A stretch of DNA of 64,000 nt, taken from Candidatus Latescibacterota bacterium. GTDB taxonomy: Bacteria; Latescibacterota; UBA2968; UBA8231. Location of the stretch: NCBI GenBank assembly GCA_965217585.1, contig OZ244561.1, positions 6,176,001-6,240,000 of the forward strand. Reading direction: 5' to 3'. The translations under genes were made by a program, and so were the position numbers. Positions 41,535 through 50,876 of this stretch are shown here, piece after piece (position 1 is the first letter of the stretch; the number at the start of each line of letters is the position of its first letter). Under the pieces are notes generated by a model. It had not been told where the DNA came from and made no database searches. It saw nothing but the letters and a program-made list of their open reading frames with translations.

Positions 41535-41624
41535 TTGGTATACCCGTTTTGGCTCTATCCCTGTGGCCAGTACGTCTTCAATCTCAGGCACAAACTTTTC
41601 GGTGCCCTCCAAACGATTGATCCT
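41523..41624 (-). pseudogene. 3' fragment of a DUF5615 PIN-like gene
   Basis: Translates RINRLEGTEKFVPEIEDVLATGIEPKRVYQLTG*, homologous to the C-terminus of 47394-47720. Confidence 0.8.
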
Positions 41625-41648
41625 AGCGATGCAAGCTTTGAGGGACGA

Positions 41649-43628
41649 CTAATCGCCATCTATCGCCGCGATCTGCTCTTCGAGCTCCGCCAACATTGCC
41701 TGCAACGACTCCTCAGGCAAAAAGCGGCCACCGACGACCACACCGGCGATTTTCGCTGTATTGCGGATATCCTCCAGCGGATTGGCCTCCAGCAACAGCA
41801 AATCGGCGATCTTCCCCGCTTCCACCGTGCCGAGGGAGTCGACTTGGCCGCTGAATTTGGCTGGGTTAAGGGTCGCCGTCTGCAGCGCCTCCAGCGGCGT
41901 CAGGCCCGCTTCGACAAAGAGCGCCAGCTCGTCGTGCAGGGTGAATCCGGGATAGACGTGCGATACGGGCGCGTCCGTGCCCGCCAGCAAGGGAATCCCG
42001 GCCCGGTGCAACTCGCCGACATAGCCCAGGACGCGCTGCAGCAGTTCCCGGCGCAGTGCGTCGTCTGGCGGCTGCTCAAAGCCGCCCGTACTTTTTAATT
42101 GGTCGCCGAAGATATCCAATATCAATGGGGCGAGGTATTTGCGCTTGGCTTCGTCCGTCGGCGCGTCGGCCGTGCGGAAGAGGACGGAAAAAATCGAAAG
42201 CGTCGGCACGTACCAGGTGCCGTTGTCGACAAAGGTCGCATACAGGACCGCGGCTTTTTCGGCGCTGTACGAGTCCATGAGCTCTTGCCAGTGCGACAGC
42301 TTAGTCTCCTTGCCGACCCCATCCTGCGCCGCCCGTATGAATTCCTGCGCCGTCCGCATGAATTCCGCTTCCCGGGTGGAAGAGCCGACTAACGCGCCGT
42401 CTATGTGGTCAATAGCCCGCTGGCCCGCGGCCGCGGCCGCGGCTATGCTACCCACGGCCAGCGGCACATGGCCGGCAAAGGGAATGGACTGTTTTTTCGC
42501 CTCGTCGGCAATGGCGAAGTACACCTCGCGAGAAAGCAGGTTATAGACCTTTACAAAATCGGCACCGCGCCGCTTCAGGTCGACCACTGCCGCCCGAGCC
42601 TCGTCTGCGGTGGACAGGGCGATGGAGCCCGGCCAGATCGGCTCTGGGCCGTCGAGAATGGGGCCGGCCGCTAAAACGCGCGTCCCCAGCAGGTCGCCGC
42701 TGGCGATCCGCTCCCTTATCGCATGCCACTGCTCGGGCAGGACCGAGCCGCCCATATAGCGCACACCGGTGACGCCGTTGGCGATGAAGAGCGGAAAAAA
42801 CCACGCCGGGTCCCCGAGTATGTGGACATGCATATCCCACAGGCCGGGTAGGAGGAATTGGCCGCTAGCGTCGATCACCTCCGCGCCCGCGGGAATCGCG
42901 GTCGATCCGGCTGGGCCGAGGGCTTGGATGCGCCTGTCCTCAATTACAACCGTCATATCGGACTCGGACGGTCCGCCCGTCACATCGATGACGGTGACGT
43001 GGGTGAAGGCGAGGGGGGCCGTAGATAGCCGCCGCTGGGGCTGGGCAGGGGTCGTGTCGGCAACGCCAAACTCCGCCAGCGCCGCTTTGGCCTCTTCGTA
43101 GTCAGGGGTCAATTCGAGCGCCCGGTAAAAGGCCGCCTTGGCCTGGGCGACATCACCGTTCTTCTGATGCGCGACTCCGAGGAAGTAATGGGCTTCGGCG
43201 TGGTCGGCGTCCAATTCGACCACTTTCCGCAAATCGGCCAGGGCGGCGTCGACATTGCCGAAGGGTGGTGGCGCCATCAGGCTGGAGGTGCCGCGTCCTA
43301 GGTGCGCAGTGATATTGTCCGGATCGAGTTTGAGGGCCGTTTCAAATGCCTCCATCGCCGCCCAGCCATAGCGGGCCATCTCGATCATGTTCTCCGCTTG
43401 GTCAGCTAGGGCACCCAGCACCATCCCTTTCTGCGCCTGCACTTCGGCGTCGTTGGGGTTTTGTTGCAGCAGGGCGTCCAGTTTTTGCAGCGCTTGTTCG
43501 TACTGTCCGCCATTGATAAGGGTTTCGATCTCAGCAAACGGCTCCGCTGCCCCGGCTGCGATCGGGAAGAGAAAGAAACAGGCGGCTAGGATCATTTGGG
43601 CGCGCGTCAAAGCATTCCAATAAGTCAT
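41649..43628 (-). CDS. Secreted TPR-domain amidohydrolase family protein
   Basis: GGAGG RBS before MTYW; signal peptide; TPR helices; PGLWDMHVH, KVY, GH, AGTD, TLNPA, GKIADL. Confidence 0.85.
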   Translation of the reverse strand: MTYWNALTRAQMILAACFFLFPIAAGAAEPFAEIETLINGGQYEQALQKLDALLQQNPNDAEVQAQKGMVLGALADQAENMIEMARYGWAAMEAFETALKLDPDNITAHLGRGTSSLMAPPPFGNVDAALADLRKVVELDADHAEAHYFLGVAHQKNGDVAQAKAAFYRALELTPDYEEAKAALAEFGVADTTPAQPQRRLSTAPLAFTHVTVIDVTGGPSESDMTVVIEDRRIQALGPAGSTAIPAGAEVIDASGQFLLPGLWDMHVHILGDPAWFFPLFIANGVTGVRYMGGSVLPEQWHAIRERIASGDLLGTRVLAAGPILDGPEPIWPGSIALSTADEARAAVVDLKRRGADFVKVYNLLSREVYFAIADEAKKQSIPFAGHVPLAVGSIAAAAAAGQRAIDHIDGALVGSSTREAEFMRTAQEFIRAAQDGVGKETKLSHWQELMDSYSAEKAAVLYATFVDNGTWYVPTLSIFSVLFRTADAPTDEAKRKYLAPLILDIFGDQLKSTGGFEQPPDDALRRELLQRVLGYVGELHRAGIPLLAGTDAPVSHVYPGFTLHDELALFVEAGLTPLEALQTATLNPAKFSGQVDSLGTVEAGKIADLLLLEANPLEDIRNTAKIAGVVVGGRFLPEESLQAMLAELEEQIAAIDGD

Positions 43629-43629
43629 T

Positions 43630-44211
43630 TCAAGTACCTCCATTATCGCGGGTTGATTCGGCGTCGGCGAGTTGGTTGATCTCCTCAATGCTCTTGTCAC
43701 ACCAAGCTATGGTCGCTTGAGTGGTCTGCCGGCCTAGGTCGAGGCCGAGCAACCAGTAGGGCAGATTGGGGGAGTCGGCGCGCTCGGTGCGCAGGAACTG
43801 TTCCATTTGCCTGCAATACTCCAGTCCGGCGACCTGTTCCCGACGGTATCTCTCGATGAGCGCGATATTGTCGCCGACAGCGACCTGGCTGGCGAAGAAC
43901 AGCTTGAGCAGGAATTCGCTGCGCACGGACTCGGGCTCGGGGGGCTCTTTGAGCCAGTCGTGCAGCTCGGCCCGCCCCGCATCCGTCAGGGCGTACACGT
44001 AGCGATTGAGCTTGATGGGCCGTTTTTCCGTCTGCCGGGTGGCCAGGCCTTCTTCCACGAGTCGTTTGAGGTTGGGGTAGATCTGGCCAAAGCTCTCGTT
44101 CCAGAAATGGCCGATGCTCTGTGCGATCACCTTTTTCATCTCGTAGCCCGACATGGGACGGAGGCTGAGCATACCTATAATGGCGTACTTGCTTTTATTA
44201 GTTTTTGGCAT
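43630..44211 (-). CDS. PadR family transcriptional regulator (AphA-like)
   Basis: ILG/LS...SGYE, FW.ESFGQIYPNLKRL, YALTDAG, FLLKLFF. Confidence 0.9.
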   Translation of the reverse strand: MPKTNKSKYAIIGMLSLRPMSGYEMKKVIAQSIGHFWNESFGQIYPNLKRLVEEGLATRQTEKRPIKLNRYVYALTDAGRAELHDWLKEPPEPESVRSEFLLKLFFASQVAVGDNIALIERYRREQVAGLEYCRQMEQFLRTERADSPNLPYWLLGLDLGRQTTQATIAWCDKSIEEINQLADAESTRDNGGT

Positions 44212-44213
44212 TG

Positions 44214-44265
44214 ATATATCTCCCAGATATATATTTGAGTATATCTAAAAGATATAAATTGTCAA
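44214..44265 (-). promoter_or_regulatory. padR promoter with two palindromic operators
   Basis: TTGACA(44265-44260)-N16-TATACT(44243-44238); TATATCT-N3-AGATATA palindromes at 44214-44232 and 44240-44256. Confidence 0.75.
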
Positions 44266-44304
44266 GCCATAGACTTATTGGACACTGTTTTAGGTTTCAT
44301 CTAG

Positions 44305-44828
44305 CGCCTGAATTCGGCCGGGATTTAGAGCATTCCAACAGGTTGCGCCTGATGTGGTCTGGCTCGCGGATGCGCGGGCGCGGGCGGCGGGTGGATTGGT
44401 CCGGGGTTATCCGCACCACTGAGGCGACCATTGTAGAGGCGACCACGGTCAGCTTTGACTCTGCGGCCGACGGCATCACCGCGACCGAGCCGCAGGCCGT
44501 GGCTTTTCAATCGCAGATCACGGGGGATTGCGACGGGATTGAGCTGGTGCTGGACGATGGGCGAGTCGGCAGCTTGGTGTTCGACTCTGCGGCGGGGACG
44601 ACGGAGATTGATCTGGCGGGGCTAGGCTACGAGCCGCTGCGTTTCGACTACGGTGGCTTGGACATGCAGTTGGTGGTGCAGTGCTATCCCGAGCGGGTGG
44701 AAGCGCTGGAGTTGACGCTGGAGACTGTGGATCAGCCGCCGGGGGAGGGGCAGGCCGCTTATTTCGTCAAGGCCATTCAGTGTGACGGGGAGATGGCTTG
44801 GTCGAGTCCGGTGTATGTGTTGGGGTGA
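44305..44828 (+). pseudogene. Duplicated 3' end of the DUF3604 gene (copy 2)
   Basis: Near-identical peptide NRLRL.WSGSRMRG...AWSSPVYVL with no 5' portion. Confidence 0.85.
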
Positions 44829-44955
44829 GGAGGGGATGTCCTATTTTGTGGGGCCGCATAGTGCGCGATACACTTGCAATTAATGAGCAATACCACATCT
44901 TCATCTTGATTGTGATAAGAAGCACACATTCCGGCCAACTTATGGGGGCAGTGCT

Positions 44956-45252
44956 ATGGATACACACGACGATAACCTGACCGATGTTCGGACGATCAAG
45001 GCATCTGAGTTCAAGGCTAAATGCCTCAAGCTGATGGATGAGGTCGCCGATAGCGGCGTCGAGATTGTCATTACCAAGAACGGTCGCCCGGTATCGCGCC
45101 TCGTGCCTTATCACAAGGAGGCATCGAGCATGTTTGGCAGGGACCGGGACCGGATACGGATACTCGGGGACATTATTTCTCCTCTGGAATTTGACTGGGA
45201 TGAGAAAAGAGAATTGGCGCTCATCCAAGGGAAGAACCCAGACAAGCCATGA
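44956..45252 (+). CDS. Phd/YefM family antitoxin
   Basis: IKASEFKAKCLKLMDEV...IVITKNGRPVSRLVP. Confidence 0.85.
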   Translation: MDTHDDNLTDVRTIKASEFKAKCLKLMDEVADSGVEIVITKNGRPVSRLVPYHKEASSMFGRDRDRIRILGDIISPLEFDWDEKRELALIQGKNPDKP

Positions 45253-46415
45253 ATGGAAACAACGACTCTCAAACCAAACTCCCGTCACAGCTTAACTGGC
45301 TCAACTGGCTCGGGGTATCAGACGAAGACACCGCCGCTGTCGTCGAGTATCCATTTTACTCTGATGCACATATCACGAGTAAATTCACCGACGGCTTGGG
45401 TCCGTACAGCTTTCTAAACGCTATTCCGTTACACGATGGCCCCGGCGTCGTCAATTCTCCGATCATCCTGAGGGCTGCGATACACTTGCCCCAACCTCTT
45501 CCTGACAATGACAAGTTAGAGACGGACGAATCGCTTTACCACGGTGGGGATTTTGTCGACGAACTCGCAGCACTTACGTCGGTTGCTCTTGGTGTCCGAA
45601 TACGTGCAGGCGACGAATCACGCCGGTTCGACCCCGGACAAGATCCGTACGGACAACCTAGAGATTGGAGGTACGAACCCCAACCTGTTGTTCGTGTCCA
45701 ACCTAATCGACTGATCCTTCCATCAGTCGTTGGTACACATCCAATGAGTCAATTAGAAATAATGAAATCAATTCCTCGGATTGAGCCTGCTCGATACGTC
45801 AATCTAATTCGTGCGTGCAGATCCTACCAAGATGCACTTTGGATTGCGGAATCTGAACCGAATCTCGCGTGGCTAATGTTTGTCTCTGCTCTTGAAACGG
45901 CCGCAAACGATGTTTATACGACCGACGCTAGTCCTAGTGAACGCCTTCGGACATCTAAACCGGACCTTGGAGAGCTTCTCAAAGAACATGGAGGTGATAA
46001 ACTCGTTGATCAGGTGGCTGAGTTAATTGCGGACACATTTGGGGCAACCCAGAAGTTCATCAAATTTACGCTTAGATTCAAACCAAACGAGCCAGACCAA
46101 AGGCCTGATCAGGAGTATTGCCAAGTCAAATGGTCGAACTCTGGATTGAGGGATATCCTCTACAAGGTCTATCAATATCGTTCTCGGTCTCTACATGGCG
46201 GAATACCATTTCCCGTTCCAATGCTTGGATCTCCATTCTACGCTTCCCAAGATCCGACTGCATCAGAAATTCCATTAACAGGTCTTGCTTTACATTCACG
46301 CGGTGGAACATGGATTCCGGGGGACGCCCCCATTAATCTTCATTGCTTTCACTACATTACTCGTGGAGCACTACTCAAATGGTGGGAAGAGATGTCAGAA
46401 GAGGAAAGTCAATAA
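45249..46415 (+). CDS. ApeA-like HEPN-domain protein
   Basis: FVSALE helix and YRSRSLHGG (R-x4-H); lower GC; ATGA overlap with Phd. Confidence 0.65.
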   Translation: MNGNNDSQTKLPSQLNWLNWLGVSDEDTAAVVEYPFYSDAHITSKFTDGLGPYSFLNAIPLHDGPGVVNSPIILRAAIHLPQPLPDNDKLETDESLYHGGDFVDELAALTSVALGVRIRAGDESRRFDPGQDPYGQPRDWRYEPQPVVRVQPNRLILPSVVGTHPMSQLEIMKSIPRIEPARYVNLIRACRSYQDALWIAESEPNLAWLMFVSALETAANDVYTTDASPSERLRTSKPDLGELLKEHGGDKLVDQVAELIADTFGATQKFIKFTLRFKPNEPDQRPDQEYCQVKWSNSGLRDILYKVYQYRSRSLHGGIPFPVPMLGSPFYASQDPTASEIPLTGLALHSRGGTWIPGDAPINLHCFHYITRGALLKWWEEMSEEESQ

Positions 46416-46431
46416 AAGCGAGTATCAAACG

Positions 46432-46749
46432 ATGAGTGAACAGTTCAAAAACGAGGCACTAGCGGCTGTGCATGAGACAGCCTTTGGACTTCACGAGGCG
46501 GGCGTCCTGAACAAAGTGACCATGAGGACATTTGACGAAATGTGCCTAACACCGTTCGAAGAGTTGACCCCGGAACAGATACGTCAAATCCGGCTACGCG
46601 AGCAGGTGAGCCAATCGGTTTTTGCTCGCTATCTGAATGTCTCGGAGGGCTTGGTGAACCAGTGGGAGTGCGGCGAAAGGCATCCGCATGGGGCTTCGCT
46701 CAAGCTGCTCACGCTTGTCGCGAGGAAGGGATTACAGGCGGTAGCGTGA
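46432..46749 (+). CDS. XRE-family HTH regulator (HigA/YiaG-like orphan antitoxin)
   Basis: IRQIRLREQVSQSVFARYLNVS...QWE.GER.P.GASLKLL. Confidence 0.8.
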   Translation: MSEQFKNEALAAVHETAFGLHEAGVLNKVTMRTFDEMCLTPFEELTPEQIRQIRLREQVSQSVFARYLNVSEGLVNQWECGERHPHGASLKLLTLVARKGLQAVA

Positions 46750-46815
46750 AACGGAAGCAGATTGGACTCAAGTCTGCCCCACGCAAGCAACGCATCATCA
46801 GAGAGGACGGCAACC

Positions 46816-47364
46816 ATGGCTATCCCCAATCCCATAATCAAGTTTACCTACGAAGATTACCTGAATACGCCGGAAGACAAGCGCTACGAGCTTCTGGACG
46901 GAGAGTTGGTTCCGACCCCTACGCCTGGAGAACTTCATCAGAGCATTTCCATCCTGCTAGGATCGAAACTGCTTCAATTCGCGTCTGAGAGTAGCTTGGG
47001 GCGGGTCTACCACGCGCCTTTTGACGTGGTGCTGTCGGATGTGGACGTGGTGCAGCCCGATCTGCTGTTCGTCTCCAATGAGCGCGGCCACATCATCACT
47101 CCCGCGAACATTCAGGGCGCACCGGACTTGGTCGTCGAAATCCTGTCCCCTTCCACAGCCGAACGCGACAGGACGTTCAAGCGCACTCTGTATGCCAATC
47201 ACGGTGTGAACGAGTACTGGATGGTGGACACCACCGCAAAAGACATAACAGTTCTGCTGCTCGGCGAGCGCGGATACGAGATCGTGGATACCTACGGCGA
47301 AGGAGAGACCTTGACTTCGCCGGCATTGCAAGGCTTTGCGTTGAATGTCGGCGATCTATTCTAA
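46816..47364 (+). CDS. Uma2 family endonuclease (copy 1)
   Basis: RYELLDGEL, HQ, VQPDL, APDLVVEILSPST, YA..GV.EYW.VD; GAGG RBS. Confidence 0.9.
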   Translation: MAIPNPIIKFTYEDYLNTPEDKRYELLDGELVPTPTPGELHQSISILLGSKLLQFASESSLGRVYHAPFDVVLSDVDVVQPDLLFVSNERGHIITPANIQGAPDLVVEILSPSTAERDRTFKRTLYANHGVNEYWMVDTTAKDITVLLLGERGYEIVDTYGEGETLTSPALQGFALNVGDLF

Positions 47365-47393
47365 GTGCCTGACAGCTTGAATTTCACGGCGGA

Positions 47394-47720
47394 TTAGCCC
47401 GTCAGTTGGTATATCCGTCCTGGCTCCACCCCTTTGGCCAGTACGTCTTCAATCGCAGGCACAAACTTCTCAGTATCCTCCAAGCGATTGCTCCTTGATA
47501 CCAACAAGATCACAGCAAGATTATACTGGGGTAAATGCTGTTGGTGTTCCATGTTCCGGTCCATCGTTACCAGCACATCGAACCCCTGCTCTGCTGCCTC
47601 TAGCAGATCTCCGTTGCGCATGCCGGTCCATCCCATCTCACGGACGGAACAAACCTCGTGCGCATCAGTGAATACGCGAGCTATACGCCAATTAAGTTGC
47701 TCATCAATCAAGACGCGCAT
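47394..47720 (-). CDS. DUF5615 PIN-like toxin
   Basis: MRVLIDEQL, NGDLL, LVTMD. Confidence 0.8.
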   Translation of the reverse strand: MRVLIDEQLNWRIARVFTDAHEVCSVREMGWTGMRNGDLLEAAEQGFDVLVTMDRNMEHQQHLPQYNLAVILLVSRSNRLEDTEKFVPAIEDVLAKGVEPGRIYQLTG

Positions 47721-47724
47721 CAGG

Positions 47725-47955
47725 TCAGGATAAAGGCTCTTGCGGTGTGCTCTCCAAGGCTTCGGCCAGAGCCAATTCGAGAAATGCCTCGGCTTGCTCG
47801 CGGCTTACGCTTGGGAAGCCGTCGAGGAATTGCTCAAGAGAATCACCGGCCTTCAGGTGAATGATAAGGCTATCTACAGGAACCCGGGTGCCCGTGAACA
47901 CGGGGGTTCCCCCTATGATCTCGGGATCAGAGTGATAAATCTGATGCTTGTCCAT
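47725..47955 (-). CDS. DUF433 antitoxin
   Basis: DPEIIGGTPVFTGTRVPV, FLDGFPSV. Confidence 0.88.
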   Translation of the reverse strand: MDKHQIYHSDPEIIGGTPVFTGTRVPVDSLIIHLKAGDSLEQFLDGFPSVSREQAEAFLELALAEALESTPQEPLS

Positions 47956-48336
47956 TTTGTCATCTCACAGGGTTGTTTCTCTTTAAGATGACTCTGCACC
48001 GCACGGTAGGCAAGTGGTTTCACGGTAGAAAACAGGTCTGCTTGCCGCCCGGTTACTGATCCCTCGGTGGGCGGCCAGCTTGGTCGAGTCCGGTGTACGT
48101 TTCAGCCTGACGGAGGGACGGCCCTTTTGCAGAAATAGGGCACCTAGCAGAAATTTGTATCGGCGCATCTATATATGCGGCAAACATAGAGAACTATCGC
48201 CCGGGAGACCCCAATTAGCCCAGCGAGTTGCTCGTGAACACACGTCGTAGGTGCATCCGGGACATGATGGCGTTGGTTCGGCACCCTGATAACAATAATA
48301 CCTAAGTAGGTGACAAAAAGTTCGTTTACACCAGGT

Positions 48337-48890
48337 TTATGACTTCAGCCAGAAATTATCAGCGTAGACGCCGGCTTTTTGCAATCGCTCCTGCGGCCTC
48401 AGTTGCCAGATATACTGGCATGCCCTATCGGCGGACTCATCGATGGAGGCGGTGGGTTGGTTGGCCAACCCGCGTCCTTTCACCCAACGCCATAAATGAT
48501 CCATCGCATTCAACTCCGGGGTGGCCCGCGGTAATAGACGAATTTCCATATTCAGGTCGGCCGCCAACCGCAAACTGCCTTCCGCTTTATGAGGCGAGCC
48601 CCGATCTTCAAAGAGGACGATCTGCCATCCGCGCCAGTGGGCGCGTATGAGACGCAGAAAAATCTGGTGGGTATCTTGCGTCCATTCCTGCGAAATCAGC
48701 AGCGCGACCTCGCCACTTTTGATGTTAAGCGCGCCGTGCAGAATCCGTTTGGCGCGCTGGCCGGTGATCGGCACCTGCACCGGTTGGCCACGGTGCCCAT
48801 AACAACTATACAACGGCGGCGTTTCGGTGAGAATGACTTCATCCAGCATGAGGATTACGGTGCGTTTCCGCGTCGCCAGCCCCTTTTTAA
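48337..48890 (-). CDS. IS630 transposase catalytic part (probably expressed by -1 frameshift at TTAAAAAGGG)
   Basis: LDE, EDRGSPH, LP...PELNAMDHLW. Confidence 0.78.
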
Positions 48891-49409
48891 CCCGCCTTTG
48901 GCTTGCCGCCAAGTCGGCGAGCGCAAGGACAAGGTATGCCGAGGCCGTTTCCATTTAATATCTAATCGAACCAGCGCTTGGCGGATACTAGACACCGAAA
49001 CGCAGAGGGTATGCTCTGCGTGTAGATACTGCGCCAATAACGACGCGGTCCATACCGTTGAATTGAGGCCGAAAAGACGAGGATCGTGATCGATGACTTC
49101 GTCTAGCAGGGGCTCAATCACGCCTTTTACTTTACCCGGTCGTCCACTGCGGGGGGCGGCTTGAAGGCGCGTCGCCAGATTCGAGATCGACGATTGCTCA
49201 AACAGCCGGATCCATTTATAGATGGCTTGACGCGTAACACACAGGCGTTGAGCAACATGAGTTACCGAATCGCCCGCCGCCACCCAAAGCAGGGCTTGCG
49301 CTCGACGTAAGACCATCGCATCCGGGGTTTGGACGACCAAAGCCTCCAACAAGCGGCGCTCGCGGCGGGGAAGGGAAAACGGAGTCATAAGCGGCCTCCG
49401 GGCATACAA
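48855..49409 (-). CDS. IS630 transposase N-terminal HTH part
   Basis: RRAQAL, VA..L.VTRQAIYKW, PRSGRP, WT...L; overlaps the catalytic ORF in the -1 frame. Confidence 0.8.
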   Translation of the reverse strand: MYARRPLMTPFSLPRRERRLLEALVVQTPDAMVLRRAQALLWVAAGDSVTHVAQRLCVTRQAIYKWIRLFEQSSISNLATRLQAAPRSGRPGKVKGVIEPLLDEVIDHDPRLFGLNSTVWTASLLAQYLHAEHTLCVSVSSIRQALVRLDIKWKRPRHTLSLRSPTWRQAKGGLKRGWRRGNAP

Positions 49410-49495
49410 CTAAGTTTAGAGGGCAAGGGAAAAGTGTCAACGGACTTTTTGTTAACTACTTAGTCCGTGCCCCATTGAACCTCGACGACATATCC

Positions 49496-50866
49496 TTAAT
49501 AGAGTGCGGTGGTGTATCCAGGATTGAGAGACAGAAAGCTATTAGGATTGGGAACGGCGAGGCGCTGGTCAACAGAGAGCAGATCAATATCGATCAACTG
49601 ATAGGGGTTCTCGCCATGGAGAAGGCGTAGCACTTGGGCTAGTGCCAGCGTAGCCGCTACGGTGCCTACGAAGGGTGCGCCGACTGCCTTACCAGCTAGA
49701 AGCGTAACGCCGCAGCGATCCAGCTCGCCACTTTTGAGCATCTCTTGATAGGCAGGGCGATCCGCAACCGTTTCGGAGGGTGTCGCCGACTTCCAAATAT
49801 CCGCCGCCGAACGTGCCTCTGGTAGTACGTGTAGGCGTATGGTACGGAAGTTTTGTTGCCCTCTGCCAAGTCCGGCCTCGACAACCAGATCAAATCCCAC
49901 TTGATCGAGTGCTTGCCGTCCTAGAGCATTATCCAGACCACACAACGCGATGGCTGGTTCTTCATTTTGGCGATGGAAGCTGTTATCGAACCGTCGCTCC
50001 TGCAACGCTGTCGCAAACCCGCGTCGTTCTGCCCAAGTAGCCATGGCACGGGTCTTTTTCTGGCCTGCCATCGCCGCGTCGCTCAAAATTGACGTGCTTT
50101 CGGTTGATGGCGTGATCTCGTCTATATCCTGCAGCACGATAGAGAGACTACTTAGCTCTTTATATGGCAGTAGCCCAAGACCCCAAAGATACGCTTGCCC
50201 TAGGTGTCCGAGCCCGATTAGCCAAAGCCGCGATGGGAGATAGGTTATCTGAGGCTCGCCTAGATCAGGCTCAAGCCAATTTATGTCTGCGGCAGGCCGC
50301 CACAGTGAGAATCCTATCGGCCGTCGTCCAGCCGCAGGACTGCCTCCTTCCACGAATAGGAAGGCTTCATTAACTGCGAGGCCAGCGGACAGCATAGCCG
50401 CCAATGGTACAGTCGGTCCTGGGGCCGGCATTAGCTTTGAGTGCGCCGGAAGGATACCACCTCGCCATCCGGCGACTGCCGTGCGTATGTGAAACCCGGG
50501 CCGCTGTCGACGAGGCCCTCCGCCAATAACAATAGTCGGCGTTCCATCGGCTGGAGGCGTAAGCGTGCCACCGAGATCTATCACAGCCTCGTGGAGTCTA
50601 CACCGCAGGGGTAGTGGCACCTTCAGCGGTACATCTAAGTCGCCTTCTACGGAAACCCCACCGAGGAACACGCGACGTCCCAGTGCAACTGCTGTCAACA
50701 ACGCAATTTGATTGAGTGAATTCCGCGACTCTCGGCCGTGGATGGTAAGCGCAAGGCGATAGCCTTGAAAGAGACTCTTGGCCTCGTCGAGACTCTTGGC
50801 CTCTCCGCTATCGAGTGCGTACTTGACTAAGCGGTGCAGGTTGTCGGCGTGTGGTTTGGCAGTCAT
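49496..50866 (-). CDS. bilD: E1 ubiquitin-activating-like enzyme (BilD-like)
   Basis: Degenerate N-terminal adenylation-like domain; IGLGHLG, QDID, LCGLDN..GR, EAGLG; candidate catalytic Cys385 in LDRCG; operon context. Confidence 0.8.
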   Translation of the reverse strand: MTAKPHADNLHRLVKYALDSGEAKSLDEAKSLFQGYRLALTIHGRESRNSLNQIALLTAVALGRRVFLGGVSVEGDLDVPLKVPLPLRCRLHEAVIDLGGTLTPPADGTPTIVIGGGPRRQRPGFHIRTAVAGWRGGILPAHSKLMPAPGPTVPLAAMLSAGLAVNEAFLFVEGGSPAAGRRPIGFSLWRPAADINWLEPDLGEPQITYLPSRLWLIGLGHLGQAYLWGLGLLPYKELSSLSIVLQDIDEITPSTESTSILSDAAMAGQKKTRAMATWAERRGFATALQERRFDNSFHRQNEEPAIALCGLDNALGRQALDQVGFDLVVEAGLGRGQQNFRTIRLHVLPEARSAADIWKSATPSETVADRPAYQEMLKSGELDRCGVTLLAGKAVGAPFVGTVAATLALAQVLRLLHGENPYQLIDIDLLSVDQRLAVPNPNSFLSLNPGYTTALY

Positions 50867-50876
50867 GGATAATCCT

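Larger units (their letters stand above)
48303..49462 (-). mobile_element. IS630-family insertion sequence
   Basis: Terminal IRs CTAAGTAGGTGACAAAAAGTTCGTTTACAC / CTAAGTAGTTAACAAAAAGTCCGTTGACAC (26/30 match) with TA at both ends; HTH and catalytic ORFs. Confidence 0.88.

Noticed and set aside
44205-44828. 207-aa stand-alone gene from the ORF track
   Set aside because: Its first 33 codons are the AT-rich padR promoter; the rest is the duplicated DUF3604 end.
49496-50866. ThiF/MoeB cofactor biosynthesis or CBASS Cap2/Cap3
   Set aside because: No thiamine or molybdopterin genes and no CD-NTase nearby; the separate Ubl, E2 and JAB genes fit Bil.
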